NCBI GenBank assembly: GCA_965207455.1
Contig: CBDBMJ010000003.1
Span: 128,001 to 192,000, forward strand
Direction: 5' to 3'
Origin: Bdellovibrionota bacterium
Lineage (GTDB): Bacteria > Bdellovibrionota > UBA1018 > CAIPTA01 > JAALKR01
DNA length: 64,000 nt
Shown here piece by piece: positions 48,463 through 58,097 of the stretch. Each line of letters starts with the position of its first letter. The stretch's first letter is position 1. The notes beneath the pieces are model-generated. The model was not told where the DNA came from. It was given only the letters and a program-made list of their open reading frames with translations, and made no database searches. The position numbers and the translations under genes are program-made.

Positions 48463-49209
48463 ATGCGTGTACTTATATTAGCAGCAGGTTACGGAACAAG
48501 ATTGAAGCCTCTAACCAATACTTGTCCCAAGGCTTTGGTGGAAGTGGGAGGCAGGCCCATGCTTTCCTACACACTGGATCTTCTGGAGAAATATAAAATA
48601 AAAGATGCGCTTATAAACATACACCACTTTGGAGAACAGGTTTTAGAATTTGTGGAGCAAGAAAATAAAAAACGAAAGATTCATATCCACATTCAGGATG
48701 AAAGGGATACGTTATTGGGTTCCGGTGGTTCCATTGCCAAAGCAAAGGACTGGCTATTTGAAAAAGATCCCTTTGCTTTGATTTGGAATCCCGACGGATT
48801 GATCTTTCCCAATTTAGATCAACTCACCTCCGCTCATGCAAGCAACCACAAAGAAGGTGCCCTTGCCACACTAAACGTGTTGGAACATAACGATGTGGGA
48901 ACACGCTATAAAAGTGTTTCCATGATAAGAAACAAGATCTGTGGTTTTGGACGGAAAACACCTCTCAAAGGAGAGATTCTGCTCCATTTTGCTGGCGGCT
49001 ATCTTTTATCCCAACGAGCAACAGAACTCCTCCCTCCTCCTAAAGAAGTAGCCCATGTGGGTAGCGCTATTTGGTTCCCTCTTATGAAGCAAGGGAAAAT
49101 TAGAGGGGAACTGTATTCAGGCCTGTACCAAGATCTGGGATCCTATTCCGACATTGAAATTGCCAACAACCGTATTCGCGCAGGAGAGTTTAGGGGCCAA
49201 TTAAGATAA
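48463..49209 (+). CDS. murU: MurNAc-1-P uridylyltransferase MurU-like nucleotidyltransferase
   Basis: ILAAGYGTRLKPLT...PKALV; adjacent to amgK. Confidence 0.75.
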   Translation: MRVLILAAGYGTRLKPLTNTCPKALVEVGGRPMLSYTLDLLEKYKIKDALINIHHFGEQVLEFVEQENKKRKIHIHIQDERDTLLGSGGSIAKAKDWLFEKDPFALIWNPDGLIFPNLDQLTSAHASNHKEGALATLNVLEHNDVGTRYKSVSMIRNKICGFGRKTPLKGEILLHFAGGYLLSQRATELLPPPKEVAHVGSAIWFPLMKQGKIRGELYSGLYQDLGSYSDIEIANNRIRAGEFRGQLR

Positions 49210-49226
49210 ACCGCTGAAATAAACCG

Positions 49227-50192
49227 CTAAAATAAATACACTGCCAGGGCTTTCTTTTGAATAGAAAACCCCACTGTTTTACCTTTTGGCATATCTTTCA
49301 GTATATTTTTAACGGGCACTCCATCCAACTCCAAGCACGCCGTACCTTTATTCCCCTTCATCTGTGTGAGAAGAACTTTTGTTACATCTTTAGTGATGGC
49401 TGTGAAAAATTCCTGTCCTTCCAGCCAAAGTTTAGGGATGTCCATAATTAAATCGGAGAAATTATCATTGGGAAGCACAAGTAAGTGTAGTTTTCCGTCG
49501 TCAAGTTTTCCCTGGGGGCATATTTTCATACCATTGGCACCATGGGATCCATTTCCAATAAATAGGTTGAAAATAGATCGATTCTTTAAAATCATTTTTT
49601 TTCCCTCCTCAATACTCACCCGGGGAGCTTTGTACCTGGACATGGCATCTAGGACCGTAAGTCCGTATGCAAGTCCACTATGAACGGTAATGATACTTTT
49701 AGGAAGCCTATCCATTATCATCCCTGAAACTCCGTAACTCGCCATATTTAAAAAGTAACGTTTACTGCCATTATATTCCATCACTCCAAGGTCCACCTTT
49801 GTTGCCTTTCTTTTCTTTGCCATTCCCACACAAAGAGCAATCCTATCCTTTGTTTTCCAATGGCGTGGAGAAAAGGAGTTCAAAAATCCTTGATTAAAAC
49901 CGCTGGTAGCGCAAATCCCTATATTTGGTATTGTTTTGATCTTGAGCGCCATGAGTACATTCACCACATGGTGGAGTGTGGTGTCGTCTCCCACGATAAA
50001 TATACTTTTCAAGGTGCGCAGTTTTTTGGGAGAGAGTACGGTTTTAAGTTTATGTTGATTCCGTATGAAAACAACCTCACACTCTCCCAGAACTGAAAAT
50101 AGGGCCGCCTTATAGGCCGGCCAGCGATAACGAACCTTTTCAAAATCTGCTCGAGGATCCACAAGGAATAGGTGAGGGCTATTTTTTTCCAT
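49227..50192 (-). CDS. Diacylglycerol/lipid kinase family protein with degenerate motifs
   Basis: VGDDTTLHHVVN (canonical GGDGT), VDLG, YFLNMASYG, LDDGKL, ELDG. Confidence 0.7.
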   Translation of the reverse strand: MEKNSPHLFLVDPRADFEKVRYRWPAYKAALFSVLGECEVVFIRNQHKLKTVLSPKKLRTLKSIFIVGDDTTLHHVVNVLMALKIKTIPNIGICATSGFNQGFLNSFSPRHWKTKDRIALCVGMAKKRKATKVDLGVMEYNGSKRYFLNMASYGVSGMIMDRLPKSIITVHSGLAYGLTVLDAMSRYKAPRVSIEEGKKMILKNRSIFNLFIGNGSHGANGMKICPQGKLDDGKLHLLVLPNDNFSDLIMDIPKLWLEGQEFFTAITKDVTKVLLTQMKGNKGTACLELDGVPVKNILKDMPKGKTVGFSIQKKALAVYLF

Positions 50193-50877
50193 TCTGTGTA
50201 GCCTCTAGTTGTTTAGATAGGCGATTGCTTTTTTTTTGTAAGCTTTTAAAATTTTTATTCCATTTTTTCCATTCCTTTGTTTGAAAATATAAACTAGCAC
50301 TTACTTTTTTTATTTCTTTCGTATGCATCGCAATCTCTTTTTTTATTTCTTGGGCTTTCATTTGAGCCGTATCTCTTGTGCTTCTCCATTCAATTCGTCG
50401 CTCTATAATTTTACTCAAGCCCTCCTCAGAGACCTCGGAGCTTTCCATGAGCGCTTCTGCCACTGCCTCTAGAGCGCCTAATTTCTGTTTTGTTTTCACA
50501 ATATTTCTGCGCACCTGAACCAATTCCCGTCGATTTTTTGTAATGGCTTTTTGGAAATCCTTTCTTGCCACCTCCGCTTCATCTATCCGATTGCCGTAGT
50601 CTCGGGCAAGCCCTTTTAAGCGCTTCATCTCATTTTTTTTCTCACCGATAGACTCCCAGAGTACTGCTGCCTTTGCCTTTCGTTCTGCTATTTTTGTTTC
50701 CAAATCTTCCTTTTTCTCTCGCGTTTCCGTCATTTGAGTTTCAATAAGCAAAAGAGATTTTTGTAAAGACTCTGTAGAGAAAAACCCGTAACTGGGCAAC
50801 GCTAGGCTGGGCAGCGCTAGACCAAGCAACAAGACTAATAAATAAGGTGCGGAACGCATGCTTAGGGCTCTCTCCAT
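50179..50877 (-). CDS. Exported coiled-coil protein
   Basis: Signal peptide and heptad repeats. Confidence 0.65.
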   Translation of the reverse strand: MERALSMRSAPYLLVLLLGLALPSLALPSYGFFSTESLQKSLLLIETQMTETREKKEDLETKIAERKAKAAVLWESIGEKKNEMKRLKGLARDYGNRIDEAEVARKDFQKAITKNRRELVQVRRNIVKTKQKLGALEAVAEALMESSEVSEEGLSKIIERRIEWRSTRDTAQMKAQEIKKEIAMHTKEIKKVSASLYFQTKEWKKWNKNFKSLQKKSNRLSKQLEATQNGKK

Positions 50878-51482
50878 TTCTTACTTAAAATTCTATCATA
50901 ATACGTCTGGTAGTGCGGTTTGATCCAGTCTTGAGGACCTATAAATCTACTGTCAATGGTAAAGGATGGATGGATAAGAAAAGACTCAGGGTATTGGGTC
51001 ACCCCATATAAAGAGGAAACCTTGCCCGTGGAATCCAAAAGAATCGTTGCGTATTTTGTAATCGCTCTTAGTTTGGGGTAGTTGGTAAAAAAACGTTCCA
51101 GAACTGCTCTGTCTTTATCCATGCTAACGGCAAGAATTTTCAGTTTTTTCTCCCTCTTGCCAAGAGCAATCAGTATGGCAAGCTCCTTAATACAGGGGGC
51201 GCACCAGGTAGCCCAAAAATGCAGCAATATGGCTTGGCCCTTACATTGCTCTAACGAAAATATCTCGGATGGCTGGGAGATTGTGGGGAGGGTAAAGTTC
51301 ATGGCTGGTTTGCCGATAGCCCCCACTACACGCATCGCATCAATCGGGCTGGGCTCATGGTCTGGATCCCATTGCTGGGAAAACCATAGGTAAGAGGCAG
51401 CTCCCAAAACAACTATGGGCATCATCCTCAAAAGAGCAGCAGAAAACTTGACGATACACGATCTTTTTGACATTACTCCCAT
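50862..51482 (-). CDS. TlpA/ResA thioredoxin-like protein
   Basis: TM anchor; FWATWCAPC; YPESFLI. Confidence 0.9.
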   Translation of the reverse strand: MGVMSKRSCIVKFSAALLRMMPIVVLGAASYLWFSQQWDPDHEPSPIDAMRVVGAIGKPAMNFTLPTISQPSEIFSLEQCKGQAILLHFWATWCAPCIKELAILIALGKREKKLKILAVSMDKDRAVLERFFTNYPKLRAITKYATILLDSTGKVSSLYGVTQYPESFLIHPSFTIDSRFIGPQDWIKPHYQTYYDRILSKKWREP

Positions 51483-51577
51483 ACTACCTGATACCGTGCC
51501 TTTTTTATCATAGTTTGACCCCTTTTGGCACTTGAGGCGATAATAAGTGTTGGACCGAAAAATACTGAGGCTTTATT

Positions 51578-52960
51578 GTGTATGAACTAAATAAATCTCC
51601 CACAAATACCGAAACGAAAGAAGGTGGTATGACTGCCCCAGAGGTTTCTATGAATCAAAAAGGAATAAATAAACAAGGCAATTTTTCCTTCCTATTTTCC
51701 CGTGAGCAGGAGTTTATTTTCGACTTTCTTTGCCAATGCTTACACTCTCCAGAACAAGCGTATTTTATACTAAGGGACGTTGCCGTTATTGCTAAAAAGC
51801 GTTTTGCCAAAGACTCCTACCAACGCTACGCTAGGATTTGGTTATTTCAAATTGCCCTAGAACAATTGGAGGCCCATGCACACACATCAGAAAAACTCCA
51901 TCACCACGGACCGCTAACGGAGTTAACCCTAAGAGAGCGTGCAATTTTAATACTATACGACCGTGTCCTATTACCTAAAAAAAATATAGCCACTATCTTG
52001 GGCATTAGCCTCGGTGGCGTGGATATGCTGTTACTGCGGGCACGGGAAAACCTAGTGCGGAACCTTTTTGGGGGGGAACTCTTTCGTTTTTCCCCTGGAG
52101 AGAAATCCAATTTCCTGCGCGATCGTATTTTACTCAATCAAGTACTGGATGGAGAATCTAAGAGAGATATTACCAACAACAGGGCTAAACAGTATTACCA
52201 AAGCTTACAAAAAGCTCAGAGCTATATGGTGGAACTACCCTCCTATTCCACTCCTCAAGTGCTGTCCATAACACAAGCAAACAAAGCTATTGCCGGCCCC
52301 TCTAGCTGGTTAAAAAGTTTCAAAAATTCTTCTCATCGACCAATTTCTTGGCAGTATAAATTAATGATAGAGGGCTTGGCTTTTTTCCTAGTGGGAGTTT
52401 GCACCATATTTATTCTTCCCATCCTGCTAGCAAAATTTAACGGAAACCACCAGGATGCAAAAAAAGTGGCACACGCGCGCTCCTTAGTGGTGGGTAAGGC
52501 AAAGGGTGCGGATAGTAAGCTAGCGCGAGGCATAGCATCGATTGCCTCACCAACTAGGGATAGGCTTATTGCAGAAGCAGAACAAGACGAATTTGAAAAT
52601 ATCGACTTCCCATCGGGTCACGACTATCGTCCTGGAACAGCCCCCATAGCCCCTTCACGAAGAAACGCTGCCGTCTACCGCTTGATTATAACCAGTGAGT
52701 CTCCTAAAAAGATGATCCCCACCATTCGATCTCTATTTGCCATAGCAAAGGTAAAAGAAAAATCTAAGTCGGGGGAGCTCTTACCCGGCGGAGCATTTTT
52801 CGACGGAATTACCACAGAGGCGCAATATCAATATATTTACAAAGAGCTACAAAAGCATGGCAAGACAAGTGTATACCTCAGTGGCAGGGGTTTGAGTTCC
52901 CGCACTAAGCGAAGGGCCAACCAACGTACTCGAGTGATCATTTGGGTCCAGCAAATATAG
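51578..52960 (+). CDS. ECF sigma-like domain fused to a TM helix and extracytoplasmic domain
   Basis: WLFQIA (region 2-like), LTLRERAILIL...IATILGISLGGV...RARENL (region 4-like), one TM helix; start uncertain. Confidence 0.6.
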   Translation: MYELNKSPTNTETKEGGMTAPEVSMNQKGINKQGNFSFLFSREQEFIFDFLCQCLHSPEQAYFILRDVAVIAKKRFAKDSYQRYARIWLFQIALEQLEAHAHTSEKLHHHGPLTELTLRERAILILYDRVLLPKKNIATILGISLGGVDMLLLRARENLVRNLFGGELFRFSPGEKSNFLRDRILLNQVLDGESKRDITNNRAKQYYQSLQKAQSYMVELPSYSTPQVLSITQANKAIAGPSSWLKSFKNSSHRPISWQYKLMIEGLAFFLVGVCTIFILPILLAKFNGNHQDAKKVAHARSLVVGKAKGADSKLARGIASIASPTRDRLIAEAEQDEFENIDFPSGHDYRPGTAPIAPSRRNAAVYRLIITSESPKKMIPTIRSLFAIAKVKEKSKSGELLPGGAFFDGITTEAQYQYIYKELQKHGKTSVYLSGRGLSSRTKRRANQRTRVIIWVQQI

Positions 52961-52979
52961 GATTCTTTAAAAGACAAGG

Positions 52980-54041
52980 TCACGTTCCTGTTGGCCATAT
53001 CTTATCTAAGAATTCATCAAACTTTTTTATATCAGTTGTAAGGGTAACTTCCGTGCCTTTCTTTTTTCCCTCTTTAAATTCTTTTTCAATGCTTTTATTA
53101 ATCTCTTGTGCTATTTTTTTAGCACCTTTTTTGTCCGGCTGAAAAAAGGAAAGTAGATCCTCTTCTTTCGCTCCTTTATCTATGGAGGCTAAATTCCTCT
53201 TAGCTGGTTCCTGTAAGGAAGTTCTTAATCTCTTATGGTCCCTTACCACAGATTCAAAAAGTTCCTCGTCGATTTCCCGTTTACTACTATGAACGAGACT
53301 CCCCTTCTCATCCCTCTTCAGTGAAAATGCTTCATCGTAAATGTCCGTTGTTGTTCCTTTCTCATACCGGTCCCCTTTTAAATCAATAGATTTTGATTTA
53401 TAAAAATCCTCTCTCTTATACTGAGCGCCTACCTTTCCATCAGCGTATCTCGACATAAAGGCTCTATATTCCTTTACTAAATCTTCATCCAATTCCTTGA
53501 GCCTTTCCGTATCGTCGGTAAAAGAATCCTCGTCAAAACGAAAGTGTTGGCGTTTTTTATTTTCTTGCTTGGCCACATTTTGATTGTCTCCTGGCGGTGC
53601 TCCTGACCGTGCTGTATTTAATTTATCATTGTTCGCATCCTTAACGGAACGAAGAGTTTCCCTAGACGTATTAAGGCTAAGATGTATGTCTCGTGCTCGC
53701 CTTCCAAGCTTGTAGTGTAGAGATGCATTGAGAGCAGCCTTTTGATCCTCCTCCTTGCAATTCTCTGGATCTTTAATGCATTTTTCCACTCTCTTGCGAT
53801 GTTCAGTTTTACTCACTTCCTGAAAACTCTCTTTATGATTCTTAAAATAATGGATTAAAACTGAATTCAGTTCACGGGCAGCTTCAAAGGCACAGGCTTG
53901 CCCACAGTGAATGGATTGGGATATTTCCTTTGCTTCTTTTTCTTTGTCTCCGTCTTCGGCTTTGGCTCCCGTACTTTCAGAAAATGATTCCAGAGGCCAT
54001 AGGCAACAAAAAATAAGTAGCACAAAGACTCCTCTTTTCAT
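52980..54041 (-). CDS. Exported hypothetical protein
   Basis: Signal peptide, Cys pairs, highly charged. Confidence 0.65.
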   Translation of the reverse strand: MKRGVFVLLIFCCLWPLESFSESTGAKAEDGDKEKEAKEISQSIHCGQACAFEAARELNSVLIHYFKNHKESFQEVSKTEHRKRVEKCIKDPENCKEEDQKAALNASLHYKLGRRARDIHLSLNTSRETLRSVKDANNDKLNTARSGAPPGDNQNVAKQENKKRQHFRFDEDSFTDDTERLKELDEDLVKEYRAFMSRYADGKVGAQYKREDFYKSKSIDLKGDRYEKGTTTDIYDEAFSLKRDEKGSLVHSSKREIDEELFESVVRDHKRLRTSLQEPAKRNLASIDKGAKEEDLLSFFQPDKKGAKKIAQEINKSIEKEFKEGKKKGTEVTLTTDIKKFDEFLDKIWPTGT

Positions 54042-54688
54042 TTAATCACCCCAGCAATACGGCGCAGGATATTCTTCTTACCGGTTCCACCGATCACACC
54101 TCCGCTGACGATAAGGCGGAATGCCTCTTGCACCGTAATCTCTAAATCTTTCGTGTCACTCACAGGCACAATAAGAAAAAACCCGCTTGTGGGATTGGGT
54201 GTTGTGGGTACAAAGATGGAGTAGACATCCTCTTTCGGCTTATCTTTGTTGGAATAGGTGTTTGTTACAAAAGCTAAAGTATGGAGTCCTTTCCGGGGAT
54301 ACTCAATCAATATAACTTTTCGAAAGGCATCGTTTCGATTCATAAAAACGCCTTCCAAGAACTGACGAATGGCTGCGTACAAGGAGCGAAGAATGGGGAT
54401 TTTTCTTATGATTCTTTCTGGAATATTGATGAGTCGTTTGCCTAAAAAGTTTCGTGTTAGTAGTCCCACAAGAATTATTATTACTACACTAATGAACATA
54501 CCGAGGCCGGGTATATTGTGTCCGATAAGACTGATGGGGCGGATCTGCTGAGGTAATAAATCAAATAAAAAAGTGTCCGTGAAATTCAAAACCATAAAAA
54601 ATATATAAATGGTTGCAATAAAGGGAATAAGGGATAAAAAGCCCACCACTAGATTTTGAAATAAAAAACGTTTGAATTTTTCCCACAT
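54038..54688 (-). CDS. DUF502 membrane protein
   Basis: IPGLG, IEYPRKG, FVPTTPNPTSGF. Confidence 0.9.
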   Translation of the reverse strand: MWEKFKRFLFQNLVVGFLSLIPFIATIYIFFMVLNFTDTFLFDLLPQQIRPISLIGHNIPGLGMFISVVIIILVGLLTRNFLGKRLINIPERIIRKIPILRSLYAAIRQFLEGVFMNRNDAFRKVILIEYPRKGLHTLAFVTNTYSNKDKPKEDVYSIFVPTTPNPTSGFFLIVPVSDTKDLEITVQEAFRLIVSGGVIGGTGKKNILRRIAGVIK

Positions 54689-54763
54689 AGTATTCAGTCC
54701 CGTATGAAAATTATAGCAGTTCTTGCTTTACATATATAGAGGATGATTGTAAGGGTATAGTGT

Positions 54764-55744
54764 ATGGAAATGTTCACGGAAATGGCTATTCGTTATGACG
54801 GTAAGGATCTATCTATTCTAGATCAACGTCAATTACCCCACAAAGAAGTTTGGTTACCTGTTAATGAACCACAGGATATGACCCTTGCCATAAAAAACTT
54901 AAGCGTTCGAGGTGCTCCCCTTATAGCAATCGCTGCTTGTCTTAACCTTGCCCTCTACCGAGAGCGAGGAGCTAGCCTTGCAGACACCCTAAGTGCTGCG
55001 AAGTTATTGCGAGAGGCACGCCCAACGGCTGTGAATCTTGCTACAGCCATAGACCGGATATTGGCCGAAGACCCAGACCTCTCCCCAAAAGCACTTATGA
55101 AAATAGCTGCTACAATTATGGTAACGGAAGCCCAAAGTTGCACTTCCATTGCCCAACATGGCTCCACATTAGTCCACGAGGGTGATTCCATCCTCACCCA
55201 TTGTAATACGGGAAGTTTAGCCACTGTCGGCGTGGGAACCGCTTTGGGAGTCATTCGCTTGGCGTGGGAGCAGGGAAAAAATATTCATGTGTATGTGGAC
55301 GAGACCCGTCCCCTTCTACAGGGAGCTCGCCTCACTGCCTGGGAATTGCAAAAGGCCCAGATTCCCCACACCCTTATTTGCGACAATATGGCAGCCGAGC
55401 TTATGAGAAAAGGCAAAATCCAGCGTGTAATCGTCGGTGCGGATCGAATTGCCCAAAACGGAGACTTTGCTAACAAAATTGGTACCTACTCCTTGGCAGT
55501 GCAAAGCCAGTACCATGGAATAGATTTTCACTGTGCGGCACCAAGCAGCACTTTGGACCGAAACTGTCCCTCGGCAGAAGGCATTCCCATTGAGGAGCGG
55601 AAGCCTGAGGAAGTACTCATGCAGTGGAGTCCTGCGTCCACCCCTGTTTGGAACCCCGCTTTTGACATCACCCCTGGAAAACTAGTCACCAGTTTTATCT
55701 TAGATTCTGGTATATATACAAAAGAACAAATTAAAGATTTTTAG
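54764..55744 (+). CDS. mtnA: Methylthioribose-1-phosphate isomerase
   Basis: LDQRQLP, VRGAP, RPTAVNL, THCNTGSLAT, ETRPLLQGARLTAWEL. Confidence 0.95.
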   Translation: MEMFTEMAIRYDGKDLSILDQRQLPHKEVWLPVNEPQDMTLAIKNLSVRGAPLIAIAACLNLALYRERGASLADTLSAAKLLREARPTAVNLATAIDRILAEDPDLSPKALMKIAATIMVTEAQSCTSIAQHGSTLVHEGDSILTHCNTGSLATVGVGTALGVIRLAWEQGKNIHVYVDETRPLLQGARLTAWELQKAQIPHTLICDNMAAELMRKGKIQRVIVGADRIAQNGDFANKIGTYSLAVQSQYHGIDFHCAAPSSTLDRNCPSAEGIPIEERKPEEVLMQWSPASTPVWNPAFDITPGKLVTSFILDSGIYTKEQIKDF

Positions 55745-55759
55745 AAAGGAGTACATATT

Positions 55760-56614
55760 ATGTGGGCAATTATCGGTGGATCGGGTTTTGAGGCTTTTGA
55801 GGCTTTTGAAAAAGTAGATGTCCTGGAAAGGACTACACCCTTTGGAGAGGCTTCCTCTGGGCTACAAAAAATACGACTAAAAACAGGCACAGGTCATGAG
55901 GAATGTTTATTCCTGCCTCGCCACGGGAGTCGCCATGAACTACTCCCTTCTGAAGTAAATTTTCGGGCCAATCTATTCGCCTTAAAAAACCATGGTGCCA
56001 CTCGAATACTGGCTTTTTCTGCCGTCGGCAGTCTCCAGGAAGAGCTAGCACCGGGAGATTTAGTGATTCCCCACCAATACGTGGATCGCACCAAATCCCT
56101 TAGGAAGGCCACCTTTTGCGGACAGGGTGTGGTGGGACACGTCTCCCTAGCTCGCCCCATTTGGGAGGAAGCCATGGAGAGTCTGTTAGGTATGAAAGGT
56201 AACTTTAATTTTAAAGTGCATGGGAAAAAAACATACGTTTGTGTGGAGGGACCCTATTTTTCCACAAAAGCCGAGTCCCATAGCTACCGGGATTTAGGAG
56301 CGGATATTATCGGTATGACGGCTTTCCCAGAGTACGCCTTAGCTCGAGAGGCTGGCCTTAGCTACCTACCCTGTTGTTTTGTGACAGACTACGATTGCTG
56401 GAACGAGGACAAACCCCACGTCACTCTTGAGACCGTGCTAGAGGTAATGAAAAACAATAATGCCAAAGCCTTTCAAACACTCATAAAAATAGTAGAGTCA
56501 AATTTTCCTGAATCCGAGGGCTGTCGCACTGGAGGACTGCAAACAGGACTCATGAATCCCCCAGAAAGTTTAAACGACGAGCAAAGGAAATGGGTGGGCG
56601 TTTTACGACGCTAG
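55760..56614 (+). CDS. mtnP: Methylthioadenosine phosphorylase
   Basis: IIGGSG, PRHG, AVGSL, EGP.FSTKAES, VTDYDCW; follows mtnA. Confidence 0.9.
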   Translation: MWAIIGGSGFEAFEAFEKVDVLERTTPFGEASSGLQKIRLKTGTGHEECLFLPRHGSRHELLPSEVNFRANLFALKNHGATRILAFSAVGSLQEELAPGDLVIPHQYVDRTKSLRKATFCGQGVVGHVSLARPIWEEAMESLLGMKGNFNFKVHGKKTYVCVEGPYFSTKAESHSYRDLGADIIGMTAFPEYALAREAGLSYLPCCFVTDYDCWNEDKPHVTLETVLEVMKNNNAKAFQTLIKIVESNFPESEGCRTGGLQTGLMNPPESLNDEQRKWVGVLRR

Positions 56615-56623
56615 CATTTCATC

Positions 56624-57337
56624 ATGTACTCCGTAATAAACGAAGAGCTAATGCGAATGGGTTCCCTTTGGGCAGAAGTTCTCTTTAAAATAGGCATGGC
56701 CCTAATCTGTGGCTCCATCATTGGCGGAGAAAGGGAGAAAAAAAGCAAACCAGCTGGCCTACGCACCAACATACTTATTTGTCTGGGCTCCACAATGTTT
56801 ACTATGTTGTCCTTAATTACAGCAGAGTCTGTGGCCATACAAGGCGGCTGGGGGGCAGACCCCGGGCGTATTGCTGCTCAAATCGTTACAGGTATTGGTT
56901 TTCTCGGTGGTGGTATGATTATCCAATCCCGGGGTTCCATATCCGGACTCACCAGTGCTGCCACAATTTGGGTTGTCGCTGCCATTGGCGTTTGCATTGG
57001 CTTGGGCTATACTATATTGGCCTTTATTTGTACTCTGGTCGTTTTTTTCACCCTCTACTCCCTTGGCCATGTGGATCGAAGAGTGTTTGGAAAAACCAGA
57101 CATCACCTCTGTGAGATCTTTATTGATATTGATCAAGACAAGGCACGCACAGAGGTAGTGAAAATTTTCTCTTATATGGACATTGAAATTGAAGAGTTTG
57201 AGGTGAACGAAAAGGGCACTCAGTGCATAGTGAAAGTAGCATACATGTGCCCAGATCAAATGCACCTGCGTATACAGGCAGGTATTTGGTCGGTATTGGG
57301 CGTACAGCGAGTAGAGACAAAAAATATTTTATGGTAG
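56624..57337 (+). CDS. MgtC/SapB family membrane protein
   Basis: ERE...AGLRT, DPGRIAAQIVTGIGFLGGG, GLTSAATIW. Confidence 0.93.
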   Translation: MYSVINEELMRMGSLWAEVLFKIGMALICGSIIGGEREKKSKPAGLRTNILICLGSTMFTMLSLITAESVAIQGGWGADPGRIAAQIVTGIGFLGGGMIIQSRGSISGLTSAATIWVVAAIGVCIGLGYTILAFICTLVVFFTLYSLGHVDRRVFGKTRHHLCEIFIDIDQDKARTEVVKIFSYMDIEIEEFEVNEKGTQCIVKVAYMCPDQMHLRIQAGIWSVLGVQRVETKNILW

Positions 57338-57604
57338 TACTAGGTTCCGAAATTCTTTACCCGGTCGAAATTTAGGAAGCACAGTAGCTGGCACTTCCAT
57401 CGTCTCACCTGTTTGCGGGTTTCGTCCCCTACGCGATTTCCTGTGAGAGGTGGTAAATGTACCAAAGCCAACCAAAGTTACATCATCCTTACTTTTTACC
57501 TTTTGCTTGATAGTGGTCAGAATATTATTGAGTACCTCTTCCACATCTCCTTTCGTCAATCGGGTCTGGTTGGAGACCGCTTCTACTAGTTGTGCTTTAT
57601 TCAT
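57329..57604 (-). CDS. hup: DNA-binding protein HU
   Basis: MNKAQLVEAV, VGFGTF, GRNPQTG, PKFRPGK. Confidence 0.9.
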   Translation of the reverse strand: MNKAQLVEAVSNQTRLTKGDVEEVLNNILTTIKQKVKSKDDVTLVGFGTFTTSHRKSRRGRNPQTGETMEVPATVLPKFRPGKEFRNLVLP

Positions 57605-57742
57605 AGTTTTTTCTCCCTGTTTATGTGTTGCGATATAGTAATAGTAGGGTATACGAGAACTGTCAATATTTTTCTTAATCCTTGTCTCTAACTTGGGGAG
57701 TGATACAATATAAGTACAGGTTTATAGAGGGGATTTTAGAAT

Positions 57743-58024
57743 ATGACAAAAGCAGACCTTATTTCGGTCGTGGCAGAAAAAGGCGAACTTCATTACAAGC
57801 AATCCGAGGTGGTAGTGAATTTAATTTTCGACATGATGGTTAAGGCCCTAGAGGAGAACAGCCGCATTGAGATTCGAGGTTTTGGCTCCTTTGTGAATCG
57901 AGAGTATAGTTCCTACAAAGGAAGAAACCCTAAAACAGGCGAAATAGTTCATGTTTCTGCTAAACGTGCACCCTTTTTTAAAGTTGGCAAAGAGCTCAAA
58001 GAGCGAATCAACAGCCCCAAATAG
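57743..58024 (+). CDS. ihfB: Integration host factor beta-like subunit
   Basis: IEIRGFGSF, GRNPKTG, PFFKVGKELKERIN. Confidence 0.85.
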   Translation: MTKADLISVVAEKGELHYKQSEVVVNLIFDMMVKALEENSRIEIRGFGSFVNREYSSYKGRNPKTGEIVHVSAKRAPFFKVGKELKERINSPK

Positions 58025-58097
58025 CCAGCCGCAAAAAAACAACCAGCCCATAAACAAAAACGGACACTGTTTTAAGCCAAATACTTACATTAGGGTT

